Of a DNA stretch of 64,000 bases, positions 63,301-64,000 are shown in pieces; positions within the stretch are counted from its first letter, which is position 1; each line of letters opens with the position of its first letter. This DNA is from an uncultured delta proteobacterium (GTDB taxonomy: Bacteria > Myxococcota_A > Polyangia > Palsa-1104): the NCBI GenBank assembly GCA_963785725.1, contig CAWAWS010000004.1, forward strand, positions 128,001 through 192,000, in the 5' to 3' direction. The notes under the pieces were generated by a model that saw only the letters and a list, made by a program, of their open reading frames with translations, had not been told where the DNA came from and did not search any database. Made by a program: the position numbers and the translations under genes.

Positions 63301-63344
63301 GCCAGCTTTCGCTGCAGCACGTACTTGCCGAACTGGGTGCTCAC
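60333..63344 (-). CDS. Membrane Ser/Thr kinase with long Ala/Pro repeat linkers and C-terminal PEGA-like domain
   Basis: EGGMAELF, VVVK, HRDVSPQN, DFG, GKYAYMSPEQ; TM VLVAASAALAVAAVALVALW; LVIHTD.PANITVDG. Confidence 0.93.
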   Translation of the reverse strand: MSTQFGKYVLQRKLAEGGMAELFLAKQEGMEGFEKLVVVKRILPQLCADDSFVRMFLNEARVAARLNHPNVVQIFDLGKLGEQFFIAMEYVHGEDLRAVIREATEHGARLPLGLCCRILADAMAGLHYAHTRAGADGKPLGLVHRDVSPQNVIVTYEGGVKIVDFGIAKATREANAAQTQAGLLKGKYAYMSPEQARGLPIDARADVFCAGILLWEMVTWQRLFKRSTEMATLMAVAEEPIRAPITIDKTMPVELNRIIVKALERNPDDRFQSAQELRAALEALIRTSGWEADAMALSEWMRGLFAKKLKRQAEDIRAAGLASLEDFLLKVEEKTSISWMGPSPITHRPTPSTGLPSARGVSGPIAVDLPGVAKPPAASPLTKSPSPLARITPTRTPPPPTRTPPPPTTASAMSAAMNAAFAGAAKGGTPAFGTPFTTGAPSPNAGASPPNAGASPPNAGAPPNAAGASSNPAGASPNAAGASSNAAGASSNAAGAAGASSGAADGSAAHSPAPSAASAGNASAPTGSATPAPPTARAATPAAGTLPPRAPTPAAGTLPPRAPTPAAGTLPPPTGGVMPGAAGWSMPSAAGWGGPRTPPPPTAASATPPPPSAPAVTPTPAMSAPTTPAMSAVDPAHFDDGPTEHAVSADYADGPTSKASEELLAAARATPPPPLAEFADDGATVPGGGLLTSPTTGSIARPRTSDGQRFGAEKSTLKHPAWAEPKTPPLKRVLVAASAALAVAAVALVALWPSGEPPTVAPGDPTATPNVAGATNANSSPATNANGSPAAAATNATGASAAGASAAGAPAAGAPNATGAPATGASAAANRSSPNGTGSSPNATSVNAGAAQTSGAPSSATPANAGSSPSAGSAAPNAAGTTAAASIVKSPSTAATDGNAAPGGATTPTAAGARSAAASHAGATEAAEPPVAAGTALLVIHTDAPANITVDGRVQGLGTSAAVSVQPGVEHVVTVQRPGHSLRRLHVPALSAGERMPLHFNLR
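61630..62030 (-). repeat. In-frame coding repeats in the kinase linker
   Basis: About 3 x 36 bp (TPAAGTLPPRAP) at 61630-61729 and about 8 copies of an 18-24 bp unit encoding S(P/S)NA(A)GA at ~61860-62030. Confidence 0.85.
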
Positions 63345-63409
63345 GAGAATGGCCGCGCATATCGTACCACCCTTGACACTCCGCAGTAAAAGGAATGACC
63401 ATCCGGCGC

Positions 63410-64000
<591 letters not shown>

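Overview
A very GC-rich bacterial window with the gene content of a myxobacterium (Myxococcota/Polyangia-like: Ser/Thr kinases, an FHA-sigma54 activator, TPR proteins, many small Cys-rich lipoproteins). The taxonomy is inferred from gene content only. Most of it is core genome: carB, greA, recQ, serA, miaE, an RluA-family synthase, sppA, gluQ, ychF, mutS2, an EF-G paralog, moaB/moaA and a cytochrome c maturation (ccm) cluster. Short frameshifting indels break at least eight otherwise intact genes, which looks like long-read consensus error rather than decay. The stand-out locus is 32349..33950. It is a single ORF joining a Flp/Tad type IVb pilin, a self-cleaving Hint domain, a Pro/Gly/Ser linker and a His...Cys permuted papain-like domain, behind a good sigma54 promoter match and with no adjacent immunity gene. 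This suggests a pilus-displayed, auto-released effector. Other notable items: a giant TPR protein with a degenerate SIR2-like domain whose last codons and stop are tandemly copied downstream; a twice-repeated TPR + Cys-rich lipoprotein module; SppA with a probable beta-barrel N-terminus; a CxxxY-type CcmE with a CcmF-CcmH-like fusion; and many apparently leaderless or bidirectional promoters. I found no tRNA, rRNA, transposase, integrase or CRISPR array. All calls come from reading motifs by eye, not from database searches.
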